This document shows, in pieces, positions 51,641 to 64,000 of a DNA stretch of 64,000 nucleotides. Every line of letters starts with the position of its first letter. The first letter of the stretch is position 1. Position numbers and translations under genes: made by a program. The notes beneath the pieces are model-generated. The model did no database searches. It saw nothing but the letters and a program-made list of their open reading frames with translations, and was not told where the DNA came from. Source of the DNA: Octopus sinensis (lineage: Eukaryota); the NCBI RefSeq assembly GCF_006345805.1, contig NC_042999.1:80662001-80726000 (forward strand), written 5' to 3'.

Positions 51641-52394
51641 CTTCTCGGCTGTCTATCTACTCCTCGGAACCGTGAAGATGGGTCCTCAATAGCTTATTAG
51701 TGGATAAACATTCTTTATTGTTTGGTTAAATATGCTATTGGTTTTCTGAAGAAGATTCGCAGCAGCTACCATGCTTTCCACATGGAACATTGGCATTCTC
51801 TTCCCTCTTGCATAAAATTATAACGAAGCTACACGTGACTGTGCGAGATTTTGAAATAAGAAAACAGCTATACAAATCAGTGTCAATAAATCTTAATTAT
51901 CTCAAATTAGTTCTCTCAAAGTTCAATTTACAAATATAAGTAAGTTTACTACACTACGGTTGCTAACTTAATGATTTTCCTGAAATGTAAGGCAATCAAA
52001 AACTCGCTCGGGATTTGAAATCTTTTTATCGGGACATAAAGATGAACAGCAACTTACTATCTTCCACCGCCTTACCTACGTTTACCACTTTAATGCAACA
52101 TGACAAACATGTGTATAAATATTTACTTCAGTTTTAATATATCTAAAGTAAATATAAAATATTTTGAATAGCGATGTTAGACTTAAGCTTCGGATCCAGT
52201 GTTTCTTAACGTCTTCTTCATAAGGATAACTTCTGGTATCATATGTTGCAATTATGTTTCCGATGCGACAGTGAATACTTATGCTGCATAAGCTATTAAT
52301 TATTTTCTTCTCCAATATTGTAATAGTATTTCAGCTTCAAAGCGCTAGAAAATTTCATTTCTACAGTTTTTTCATATTTATATATAGTAATATT

Positions 52395-52581
<187 letters not shown>

Positions 52582-53584
52582 CATGCATGCAAACGCACAA
52601 AGGCATTTTATGCACATGTGCTTACTTATCAGTGTATATGTGTACACACATGCTTGCGATTTGTTTTTATATTATAATTTCAACGAAATCTTTGCCTTTC
52701 TAGGATGGCTTATTCAAGAGATTTGTTCGGAAATTTTGCATAATCATTCTTGGTATTAAATAACACCTTTATCTTTAGTTTTAGTCGAAGACAATGCCAT
52801 TTCTTTGAACTATATGCAGATCTCAACGTATTTGTGATACACTGAAACAGGTACAAAGTAGATATCTTTACACCTATTAATTCAACATCGTTATCACTGG
52901 ACATTAAGATGTTGTGAATATATTCTATTGTTATCTTAAACACCGAAGAACAAGAGTGAATTGCCTTTCAGATCTTTTCATGAAAATTGTCCCTTAATAC
53001 CCATAGTAGAATGCCAGAAACATGTATAACACATATAACTATGGAAACCTTTATGGTATTAAGGAAGACGTCATGTGTTATGACATGTCCTTTCAGTTCC
53101 AATAATAGTAATGGTGATTGTAATAAATATATCAAATAGAGACAAGGCCAAAACTTCCGTGTTACGCGTTCATTAATTTTATAAACTGGTACTTTTTTCT
53201 CTTGTGGCGGACCACGAATGGAAAAATCGATCTCAGTGGTGTTTCGGTTTCATAACTTTAAAATAGTGAAGACATTTCGTCAACAACAGTGAAATTTTAC
53301 TTCTACTCATTGAAATGAAATTTTAAAGAGATTTAGACCAACATCCCAATTGACAAGTGTATTAACTAGTTACTTTTACAATACGGCCGATCTCAGACTT
53401 TATAATACAGATGCTAGACAATTGGAAGTACTGCAACAAAAAGAATATGGATTTATGAGATGAATTGATATGAGATTCGCACAAAAATAATGCAGCATAG
53501 CAATTTTGAAGAGAGCAACGTGAATTAGGCGTAGGAATAACATGCTACATAAACATACCGTGGTCGAAGAAGAGTTCATGTAGC

Positions 53585-53694
53585 TATAGGCATGGTCGTG
53601 GTTGTGTGGTAAGAAGCTCACTTCTTTGCCACTGGTATTTTGGGCAAGTGTCTTCTGCTGTAACCTCGGGCCAGCCAAAGCATTTTAAGTCGAT

Positions 53695-53727
<33 letters not shown>

Positions 53728-53975
53728 ATACATGTATGTATATATATTTATGTATTTGTCGTTGTGCCTATGTTTATTTTTCCCACCAAACAACAGATAC
53801 TGGTGTTTTTGCGTCATCGTAACTTAGCGGTTTGCCAAAGAAGAGTGATAGAATAAGTACTAGGCTTACAAAGAATAAGTCCTGGGTGCGATTTCTATGA
53901 ATAAATATCATTTAAGGCGGTTCTCCTGCATGGCCACAATCAAACGACTGAAACAAATAAAAATACAAATAAAAC
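53585..53975 (+). mobile_element. SINE family 1 with deletions
   Basis: Colinear with 62568-62997. Confidence 0.8.
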
Positions 53976-54024
53976 AATAAATCAATAAATAAAAATAGAA
54001 AATTATATGCAATTACATAAGAGT

Positions 54025-54419
54025 CAAAAAAATACAGTGTCATTGCACACGAATGAAAGACACGTTCAAAAAATTATACTTTAGAAAATTATATCTTAAC
54101 ACCTCAGTATTGTAGCCATTCCCGTAGCACTTTACAGTTGCTATATGCTCAAATGGAGTCTAAGAAACTAGTCTAGACAGAAACTTACAATGTTACAATT
54201 TACAACATTTAAAATAGACCAAAATAATACAGTGTCATTGCACACGAATGAAAGACACGTTCAAAAAATTATACTTTAGAAAATTATATCTTAACACCTC
54301 AGTATTGTAGCCATTCCCGTAGCACTTTACAGTTGCTATATGCTCACATGGAGTCTAAGAAACTAGTCTAGACAGAAACACACAATGTTACAATTTACAA
54401 CATTTAAAATAGACCAAAA
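54025..54419. repeat. 195-bp local tandem duplication
   Basis: aatacagtgtcattgcac at 54031 and 54226. Confidence 0.9.
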
Positions 54420-55211
54420 ATAAAAAAAATATGTAGTGTCTTTCCCATATGCCGATAATTTCCTCCACCGCCTCTGTACACTATGCTTCACAATGTTCAT
54501 CGTTTGCATATGCCGATAATTTCCTCCAGCCACAGACTTTGTACACCATGATTCGCACTGTTCCAGTTCCTGGAGAACTAGAAAAAGAGATTCAGTAAAT
54601 ATAGTTGAGATCAGTAAAGACAAAGCTAGCGTATGAAAGAATAAATTTCGATAGGTAATCATTTAGTTTGGTCACAGATGAGATGCTTCTATATACTGAG
54701 GCACTCCAGTCTCTAAAACTCGGTACGACTAACAACTGCACGGAAAATAAAACACAAAATATCAATGAATTTCCTGAAGAAAGCTTCCGATCGCTGCAAA
54801 TTTGATCAAATCTTCACCGGCGCCTGTGTACTACCCATCCTTTCTGTGATCTATCTTAGGCTGGAGATTGCCATGGATACTTTATCAGATAAAGAAGAAT
54901 CCTGATAGAAAAAGATCATCCGTATATCAAGAGAGAAAAGAGCTTCTAACTGATCATCAAATGTGAACGTCAACGACAAAATGCAATTATCGCGTAACTG
55001 TTGAAAATGGCTAAAAGAATATTAGATCTAAAAAGTCCTAAATGAGGACTACAAAATCAATATCTATTGAACTGAGTTAATGGAGTATGCTGAATTGTTT
55101 CCAGAGAGATATCATCAGATCAGGTGTTAAATTTGTGCTTGTATATATGTATATATATATATATATTATATGTTTGCATATATATGTATATGTATGTATA
55201 TGTATGTATAT

Positions 55212-55265
<54 letters not shown>

Positions 55266-55289
55266 GTTTGCATATATATATGTATATGC

Positions 55290-55337
<48 letters not shown>

Positions 55338-55341
<4 letters not shown>

Positions 55342-56217
55342 GATAAGCCGCACAAAAGAATTGGAATTTCGCGATATTATTTTATTCACTCAGCTTTACA
55401 TATTCACATTTTATCTTCTTCAAAGTATTTTCCATTTGATGCAATGCAACCATCCAGGCTCTTTTTTCCACTATTCGAATCATTGCTGGAACGGAACTCT
55501 TAGCGATGTGATGCCTTGTAACGCCTCCGTCGCTTATTTTTCAGTACTTCCACATCTGTTAATTGCGTAGCACCAGCTTTTCCTCACCAGTAATGACCTT
55601 CGAAAACAGATCCACATCAACTTCTGGTTCTTTTTCAGTCCACGACACGCATTCAGTCGTGACTGTTTTTAATCCTACCTCAGCAAGCGAGGTACACATT
55701 TGGCTGCAAATCGTTTCGTTCGCAATTCATCGTTCAAAATACATTGGCAGGAGCTTCAGGCCACGTCAATCATATCAAGAAGTTCGTCACATGTTCGGTG
55801 AATGCTCATCAATTTTCATGATGTTTTCATTCGTTCGGAAGGGGAATTGTCGTCCGAACAAGGTTAGTCTTCAAGCGACAAGTGATAATATTTAAAGCGT
55901 TGAAATATTTGTAAACTTGTATGTTGCTCAGAGCAGCCCTGCTTGTAAGTTGTTTGAAGCATGACAACTGTTTCGGTCATATTTTGCACCAGCAGAAGAC
56001 AGATTTTAACATAAGCCCGCTGTTCCTTTCTTTGAGCCAATGCGAAAAATCATCGAAGATGGAAGGGCCGCAAAACAAAGACGTACTACGTAGTATTACG
56101 ACCTCGTCTGATGAAGCCGGTCGGCATAATGATGCCTGGTGTTTGCATGAAATGGCATCTAGCGGCGGAAGCCTGAAATAAGAAGAGGACGTTTCCTGTT
56201 ACTTTTGTATATCCCTC

Positions 56218-56220
<3 letters not shown>
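55338..56220 (-). mobile_element. Internally deleted mariner element
   Basis: Terminus TACGAGGGATATACAAAAGT on the minus strand at 56220, degenerate partner at about 55338; N-terminal HTH remnant. Confidence 0.65.
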
Positions 56221-56280
<60 letters not shown>

Positions 56281-58047
56281 CATACACAGATACATATACA
56301 TCTACGTATGTTTATATACATACGCATATACAATTATAACCGTATTAAAAGCTCATATAGATATTATATCCATATACATCTAATTATATGTATATTTTCT
56401 TGTATGCATATATACATATGTGTGTGTGTATGTATGTGTGAGTATGTGATTGTGTAAGTGTGTGTGTATGTGAGAAGTATAAAACATAGACATTAAGACG
56501 AATAACATTTGAAGAACGATATTTGACCTGTAAATTCTTGGCTTAACGTTTTAATTCAGGATGTCATTAATATTTTGGGCTTTAGACCTTAATGAGAAAG
56601 GAGAAAGACAGAAGCTAAAAAGTTATGATAGAGGGAAATTTTCAGCAAAAATATAAATGAAGAAAGGTTTAGAAAATAATTTTTACTCTGGATGTGTGAA
56701 TGCATTCATATATATATATGTGGTGTATTCTTGTTTGTATATGTGAGTATTTGCGTGTTTGTGAATTTGTGCGTGTGCTTTTGTACATATATAATATACA
56801 CGCATATATATTTGCCTGTACCTATGCGCTTACACAGACACATACTACATATGTTTGAAGGAACCGCAGAAATTACAACATCATAGTTTCCTAGATAAAA
56901 CTCAGTTTTTCACCACCATCCAATTCACTCACGCTACATACTGCAATATACAAATACATACCTTGAAACTATCTTTCTCACTAACTTTTTAGCAAGCTCC
57001 CACCCTGACTAGTTCTTTGATAATCCTAACTAGTTCTTCAACCAATCTTCTCTCTTGACTTTTAACCCCAGCGTCTCACAGTGTGTATCACACTACCTCA
57101 TGTGTTACAACATAGTAACCAAAACATTGCGTCCACCCTTGTTTTGCCATTTGTGTCTTCGTGTATTCTCTCCTCTTATTCGCTTATGGTACATATACAT
57201 TTTCCCTATTTTTTCTCTTGTATCGCATATATTGTTCACGTATTTTTCTCCTATTTTCCTAAGTTTTGTGCGCAACTTTTCTATATCATTCTTACCCTAC
57301 GCCACATTCCCCTCTTATCAACCTTGAATCATTATCATATTATTGTTATTAAATTATATTTTTATTCAATTTATTTATTAGATAATTTTATTGTATTATT
57401 ACCGTATTATTTTCGCTCTGCTATGTTATCGATTTCTCACAATTGTTATGAAAATGTTCATTATTTCCAGCATTCTTCCCCTTTTTTTTTCTCAACATCA
57501 TCTCACATACAATGAATAACTAATTCCCTCTTTTCATTAACAACCCTAAGCCTTTAGTGATCTTTCTTTTTATTCATTGCTTTTTTATTAAGTTCCACTA
57601 ATGTTTTATTATTAATTATGGTTTTAATTTCATCAATGAGTTTCAATATTTTATTATATTTTTTTTATCAATAAGTTACTCTAAGTGCTAAGAAGTTCCA
57701 ATAATCTATAATTATTTTCATAATTTTACCAACCCAGAAATTCACAATATTTTATATTTTTTAACACATCTTTCCTTTGATTTTATTTTGTTATTTCATT
57801 GCCTTCTTTAGCACTACTAGTCACATCCATGTGATATAAAGACTTATGCGCTTAATAATAATTGTTACTATGGGTAAAGGAAAGAAAAAATAAGAAATCT
57901 AGCTTACATAATATATCAGCTAAATAACAAAAAAATAATACCAGTTTTTATATGATTATTTCTTCAAAATATCGTGACCCCAAAAAATAAAAAAAAATAA
58001 AAGATTACAGTTTAGCAGAGTCAAAACTTTAAAAATTCATTTGCAGA

Positions 58048-58460
58048 TAGGCGCAGGAGTGACTGTGTGGTAAGTAGCTTGCTTACCAACCACATGGTTC
58101 CGGGTTCAGTCTCACTGCGTGGCATCTTGGGCAAGTGTCTTCTGCTATAGCCTCGGGCCGACCAATGTCTTGTGAGTGGATTTGGTAGACGGAAACTGAA
58201 AGAAGCCTGTCGTATATATGTATATATATATGTGTATGTGTGTGTATGTTTGTGTGTCTGTGTTTGTTCCCCTAGCATTGCTTGACAACCGATGCTGGTG
58301 TGTTTACGTCCACGTCACTTAGCGGATCGGCAAAAGAAACCGATAGAACAAGTGCTGGGCTTACAAAGAATAAGTGCCGGGGTCGATTTGCTCGACTAAA
58401 GGTGGTGCTCTAGCATGGCTGCAGTCAAATGACTGAAACAAGTAAAAGAGTAAAAGAGTA
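58048..58460 (+). mobile_element. tRNA-derived SINE family 1, full length
   Basis: ggcgcaggagtg...gggttcagtc...central (TA)/(TG) tract...(gtaaaaga)n tail. Confidence 0.92.
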
Positions 58461-61400
58461 TACATAAAGTGTAAGTAGGTTCTTAAGGGAGAATTTGGGT
58501 AGAGATAAAATGCACATATTCTGATCTTACATGATATATAAAGTAAATGTGTTTCATAAATGTTGATACAGTTTTCCGTAAATTGAGCACACTATTTGTT
58601 GCTGACCAAATAATTTACCAGATATTACGTAATATAATTAATCTACATATGCAACAAAGAGTTTAGATTGATTGAAATTTGGAGGATGTTCTACACTACG
58701 TATTTCAAATGCTCAAAATCCAACAGTTAATTTATATGATGTTAGAGTTCTTTGCTGTGTGTCTACTGTCGCTTACAATTTATTGCATAAGTTGAATTCC
58801 ATAATGAAGATATGGCCTTAATGAAGTCTGTTTGGGATTATATGATAATACTGATAGAAGAAGATAATATACCTACATTAATAATAACAGAGAAAGAGAC
58901 AGCACTGTCGCAACACACTGGTGCAGTTGCCATGTATAATTAACCACCTGTGGTATTTTTGGCAGATAACACGAAATCAATATTTTGTATAATTTCCAAG
59001 GGTCTTACCATCTAAAGTTAAACAATATGGAATCGTAAAATAAATTCGAAAGCAAGTCAGTGACGTCAGTTTACAAGTGTTATATGATATTCTACCCGAA
59101 ATGAACGTATACTAATGAATATATTATAACATTTATTTCATTGTCCTGTATTCGTTTATCCTATTCAGATTTAACGCTTTCTATTTAATATTTCCCTTTG
59201 ATTTGTTATTTCCGTAGGAATTTCTCCTGTTTCTACATACACGTCTCTCTTCCTCTACAACATCTTCACTTCGTCCTCTCTTCCCCCCTCTCTCTCTATA
59301 TATATATATATGTAGTATACACGCCGCACAATTTATATATATGCTTATAATTTATCGAAAGTCACGCATATTTGCTAGCTGGTTATAAGTGAGTGTTGCA
59401 GAGGTGTATTGTAGTTACTGGGTACATGTGTGTCAAATCTTATCATTTCACAGTGTCAAGCCAACAAAACCGCCACTATAAATCCCTAAATATACATAAC
59501 TAATCGACTGCAAGAGCTCACATGATATCCATTTATACTTCGATTGATCTTTATGGCTAGAACGGTATCTCTTATTATGTGTAATTAGAGGGAGAGAAGC
59601 GGAATTTGCGTTTGTGATTTTTGTGAAGAGAGCGAGGTGCGCCCAACAGCGATAAAGAGAGATTATAAAATGTGACAGTGAAAAAGAGAAAGTATTAACT
59701 CTAAATAAAAGAACCATTCACCAAAACAAATATACATACGTATATATATATATATATATATTCGTGTATATGTGTATATGTGTGTGTATGTGTGTGTATG
59801 CATAGTATTGGCAGAAAACTTAGAATAAACTGACTTCAAATTGTTTCCTTATCATTTTCTTTTGTTACGCTTGTTTTACTCTTCATTTTGGGATTGTTTA
59901 CGGCAACGGTAACAATTATAAGATAGCGGGCTCGGTAGACAGACAGAAGAGAAGCCATGGAGAGACTCTGAAAGAATCTTAGACATCTCCAGGGATTTGT
60001 GGTATCTGTTAAAGTAGGCTATAATACCAATGAAGTAAGCTAGTGTATTTATTTATATAGAGGTATATTTATGCCACTAATCTGTCCTTTGTCTTTATTC
60101 TGTCGACCGCAAACATATTCCCTTAGGATCGAAAGTTATTTGATTGAATCATGAAAATTGTTCTTACACTACTTTGTTTTTTCCCTCTTTATCATTCTTC
60201 CTTTCTCTATGGTATTTGATTTGCATTCAGAAGGAATGTATCTGTATTGATGCATTTGAAGATGCTTTAATTATATCTACTTATTTGACATCATTTACAA
60301 TAGAAGCAACATAAAGTTACTTTTCAAACATAGTAGTATAATCTAAGGAGAGATTTAAATAGCCGAAAGGGTCTTAATGTTTCCCTCCATCCTCTCAAAC
60401 CACCTCTCTCTTTCCCCTTTCATTTCTCTATCTGTCGTATCTTTTTTGTTTGGCAATTTGTACGTTGAAGCTAATTACATTATATGGCAGCTATTCTAAG
60501 AGAAAGATAAAAATATGATGAAACTCATAAAACTTTATTTCTCCTTTTAAGACGTTTCAAGTCGATTTAGATAATAAACTAGACAGACTGAAAGAATTTA
60601 CAATGAAAACTGCAAGCAATTATAAAGCAGAAAATCGAATATAATACAGAACAATATATTAAATAAAGTTTTATATATATAAAAAAACAATAGCAGGGCT
60701 ATAAATTTTTGGTCTTTCATCGAGAATATAGAAAAAATACTCTTCTCATGATTTGAATTGTTGGTGACCGCTGAGATATTTTGATTTAGATTATTAATGA
60801 AATAATATATTTAAAAAGTTTATACAAAGACGAAATAAAGAAAAGAACATATGGGTATAAATAAAAAAAGAGCTTACTTATATAAGGAAGATATAGAAAA
60901 TGGTGTGTTGTTTGGCCTGTATGTATCTATAACGCATCGATTCTGACAACATTTAACAACAGTTCCACGACTCTCTCACAAGTTTTCAATACTGGAACCG
61001 ATAGTCATAAGACAAAGCATATAATTTTAATATTGCTTTTTACGTAAGGTGACAATGGTCTAACAATTTTCTAGCAATGTTTTATGACAACCCCGGTTCA
61101 GTGTATAGGATAGATGTATTCCACCAAATATGTATCTAGATGTTAAGGAATTAATGACGAGTTCTAATCGTTGGACAAAGATTGTCCAATATTGCATTGT
61201 AATAACATCTTCCAAATTAGAGATTTTATACTCATATTTCACCCCTTTAAGTTCGAAAGACAGGAACATATCACTTCGGTAGCTAAGTTCATCTGCCAAT
61301 CTCATGGAAAACAGTATAGACTACTGAATTTCCTGGGCCGTTTCAGTTAGTGTTCTTCTATACACAAGCAGAACCAGAGGAAGTACCTGCGATGTGTAAT

Positions 61401-62234
61401 CGGGTGTGGCGTTGACAGTCCACTGTTGCAGGTCTAAATTAATTAATAATTATAAGTTATTATTACAAGGCTCCCACTCACTTTAAAGTTTTCTTAAAAT
61501 TCCAACACAAAAATCCCCATAGCTAATCAATTTAACTTGATTCAGTCAACATTAAGTCTAGAGTTCTTCTCTATTTGATTCGCACACCTTGCTTGAATTA
61601 TTTCTTGTAGAACCAATGACTGACGCACTTCTTAAATAATGTATAACTCTACCCTTAACTACCGTCCCCTCTTTCAATTTCAATATAATCATATGAGACA
61701 TAAGATTATCTAGAAATGGCTATAGAGTTGGGGAATTATTCTAAGATATCACCAGTACATTATTTTTGTTTCTTCCAGCCCTCATCTGCGTCTCAATTTT
61801 TCTTTATATTGACCCTCCAGTATTGCCACCTCTGTGATGATTGTAGTAGACTGCCGTTTTATTCTAAGTCGATGTATGTGAAATTCCCTTCTCTCTGTTC
61901 ACCATACATACAACATAATTTGTCATTTTTTGATCAGTAGGCAATCTCGGCATTAGCAAGTTTCTATAAAAATCAAAGAAACTAATTTGACATATCCATC
62001 AGTTACTTTGTCTAACTACCAAGATATCTTCGCTGAAATGGATACATGTTTTTAAATTTTTCACTTCGATATTCCACAACATAACATTCTAATTATAATT
62101 CCTGTAAGTTTGCAAAATTGTCCACAATAACATTACCTAGTAATTGTTTCTAGTTACAAAAGTTGTTCACGTATGAAATACTTCCACTAACAATCGAAGC
62201 GATCAGCACGATTGATAATATTATAGAACACCAT

Positions 62235-62450
62235 AAGGTGGCGAGCTGGCAAAATCATTAGCAGGCCGGGCGCAATACTTAATGGCATTTAGTCCGTTTT
62301 TACGTTCTCATTTCAAATACCGCTGAGTTCGACTTCGTATTTCCTCCTTGAAGAGTCGATAAAATCAGTACTACCTGAATACTAGAGTCGAAATACTTGA
62401 CTTACTCGCTCAACCGAAATTACTACCCTTGTGCCAAAATTTGAATTTAA
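62235..62450 (+). mobile_element. SINE family 2
   Basis: aaggtggcgagctggcaaaatcattagca.gccgggc; similar to 11918. Confidence 0.75.
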
Positions 62451-62567
62451 TATCATAGAACACCATCTAATGTTTTTTTTATCTCTTTACTATATATACA
62501 TTCTTACAAAGAAACACATATATTCTACTTTTATGAATTATGTGAATGATTTATATATATATATATA

Positions 62568-62997
62568 TAGGCGTAGGAGTGGCTGTATGGTAAGTAGCTT
62601 GCTTACGAACCACATGGTTCCGGGTTCAGTCCCACTGCGTGGCATCTTGGGCAAGTGTCTTCTACTATAGTCTCGGGCCAACCAAAGCCTTGTGAGTGGA
62701 TTTGGTAGACGGAAACTAAAAGAAGCCTGTCGTATATATGTATAATATATATGTATGTGTGTGTGTATATGTTTGTGTATCTGTGTCTGTGTTTGTACCT
62801 GCCAACATCACTTGACAACTGATGCTGGTGTGTTTACGTCCCCGTAACTTAGCAGTTCGGCAAAAGGGACCGATACATTAAGTACTAGGCTTACAAAGAA
62901 CAAGTCCTGGGGTCGATTTGCTCGACTAAAGGCGGTGCTCCAGCATGGCCACAGTCAAATGACTGAAACAAGTAACAGAGTAAAAGAGTAAAGAGAT
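62568..62997 (+). mobile_element. tRNA-derived SINE family 1, full length
   Basis: Highly similar to 58048-58460. Confidence 0.92.
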
Positions 62998-63826
62998 AGT
63001 ATATATACATATATATTGTAAATATATTGATTAGTCATGACTGGAATGCATTAATATTATCTTCTTTAATTGTAGAGTATTGAAATGCAGATAGCGCATA
63101 TAAAAATATAACATTATTAAACTGTTAAAGTCGTTGTGTTCGATATCATAAATTAAGTTTATAAAATTTTAGAATATTTGCTTCAGCAAACCTATGATTA
63201 CAGACATGGGTTCATTTTGTACCCTCCAACAGCAACGAGTAAGCATGTTGCATTAAATAAAACAGATTATCACCTTTATTACACTGAATTTCAGGAACCA
63301 TATATCGATGTGATTGAATATTGAAATTGCTGGCTTATAAAGTTATTCGACATTTCATCACCGATAATAACGAAGATTGTAATGTTGATTAATTAGAGGG
63401 TTACAAGATAATTTGAGACAATTTGCTTGTAAGAGAATGTTAAGAAAAAGGCAAAAGCAGGGAGAAAATTGGGAATGAGTAAAGAGATACAGATGCTTAC
63501 AGAGCGATGGAGAAAGATATCAATATAAGATCTTTATTTTTATCGCAAGTGCTAAAAAAAGTATGAAAAAGGCAGTTTTTATTGAAATTAGAAACGAAAG
63601 TGTATGACAAGAGGCAGTGAAGATTGGGGAAGCGTAACAAAGACAGAATGGAAATAAGTATATCGAAGAAATGATATACTTGTAATAGACAAGTGTACCA
63701 TTGCTTCATAGATAGTTGGCATTATGACATATGCCTGATTCTGCGGACTGGAATGAAGAAACAAATAACGAAGGAGATAGAATACAGAATAAAAACAAGA
63801 AACATTAAGACAAAGAACGTATGTGC

Positions 63827-63918
<92 letters not shown>

Positions 63919-63923
63919 TATAC

Positions 63924-63977
<54 letters not shown>

Positions 63978-64000
63978 AAATATAAATATAGATATGTATA

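Noticed and set aside
54025-54419. 195-bp duplication (and the 221-bp one at 26675) as retrozyme units
   Set aside because: No ribozyme motif seen on either strand; simple local duplications
56107-56130. CTGATGA-A-GCCG/CGGC as a hammerhead
   Set aside because: Followed by ATAA rather than GAAA, no stem I, and it lies within a mariner UTR

Overview
AT-rich, microsatellite-dense eukaryotic non-coding DNA. The SINE families and repeat landscape point to an octopus (cephalopod) genome; this is inference from recognising the repeats. I find no recognisable host protein-coding exon, and almost all ORF-track entries are translations of (TA)n, (CA)n or (TAT)n. The window holds three tRNA-derived SINE families, R4/Dong-type and Tx1/L1-type LINE remnants, a Neptune-type Penelope-like element (RT plus GIY-YIG), and Tc1/mariner and Helitron remnants. 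The main signal is a community of at least six different non-coding retroelement families carrying minimal type-I hammerhead ribozymes (HHRs) with palindromic stem III. Several occur as head-to-tail tandem units (362-365, 438 and 593 bp) in (TA)n tracts, and some have inverted junctions, consistent with retrozymes or Penelope pLTR derivatives. Highlights are a family with a compensatory U3-A8 core and covarying stems, and a tRNA-headed SINE with a hammerhead tail and a 10-bp TSD. All structures were read by eye, with no folding or database search.
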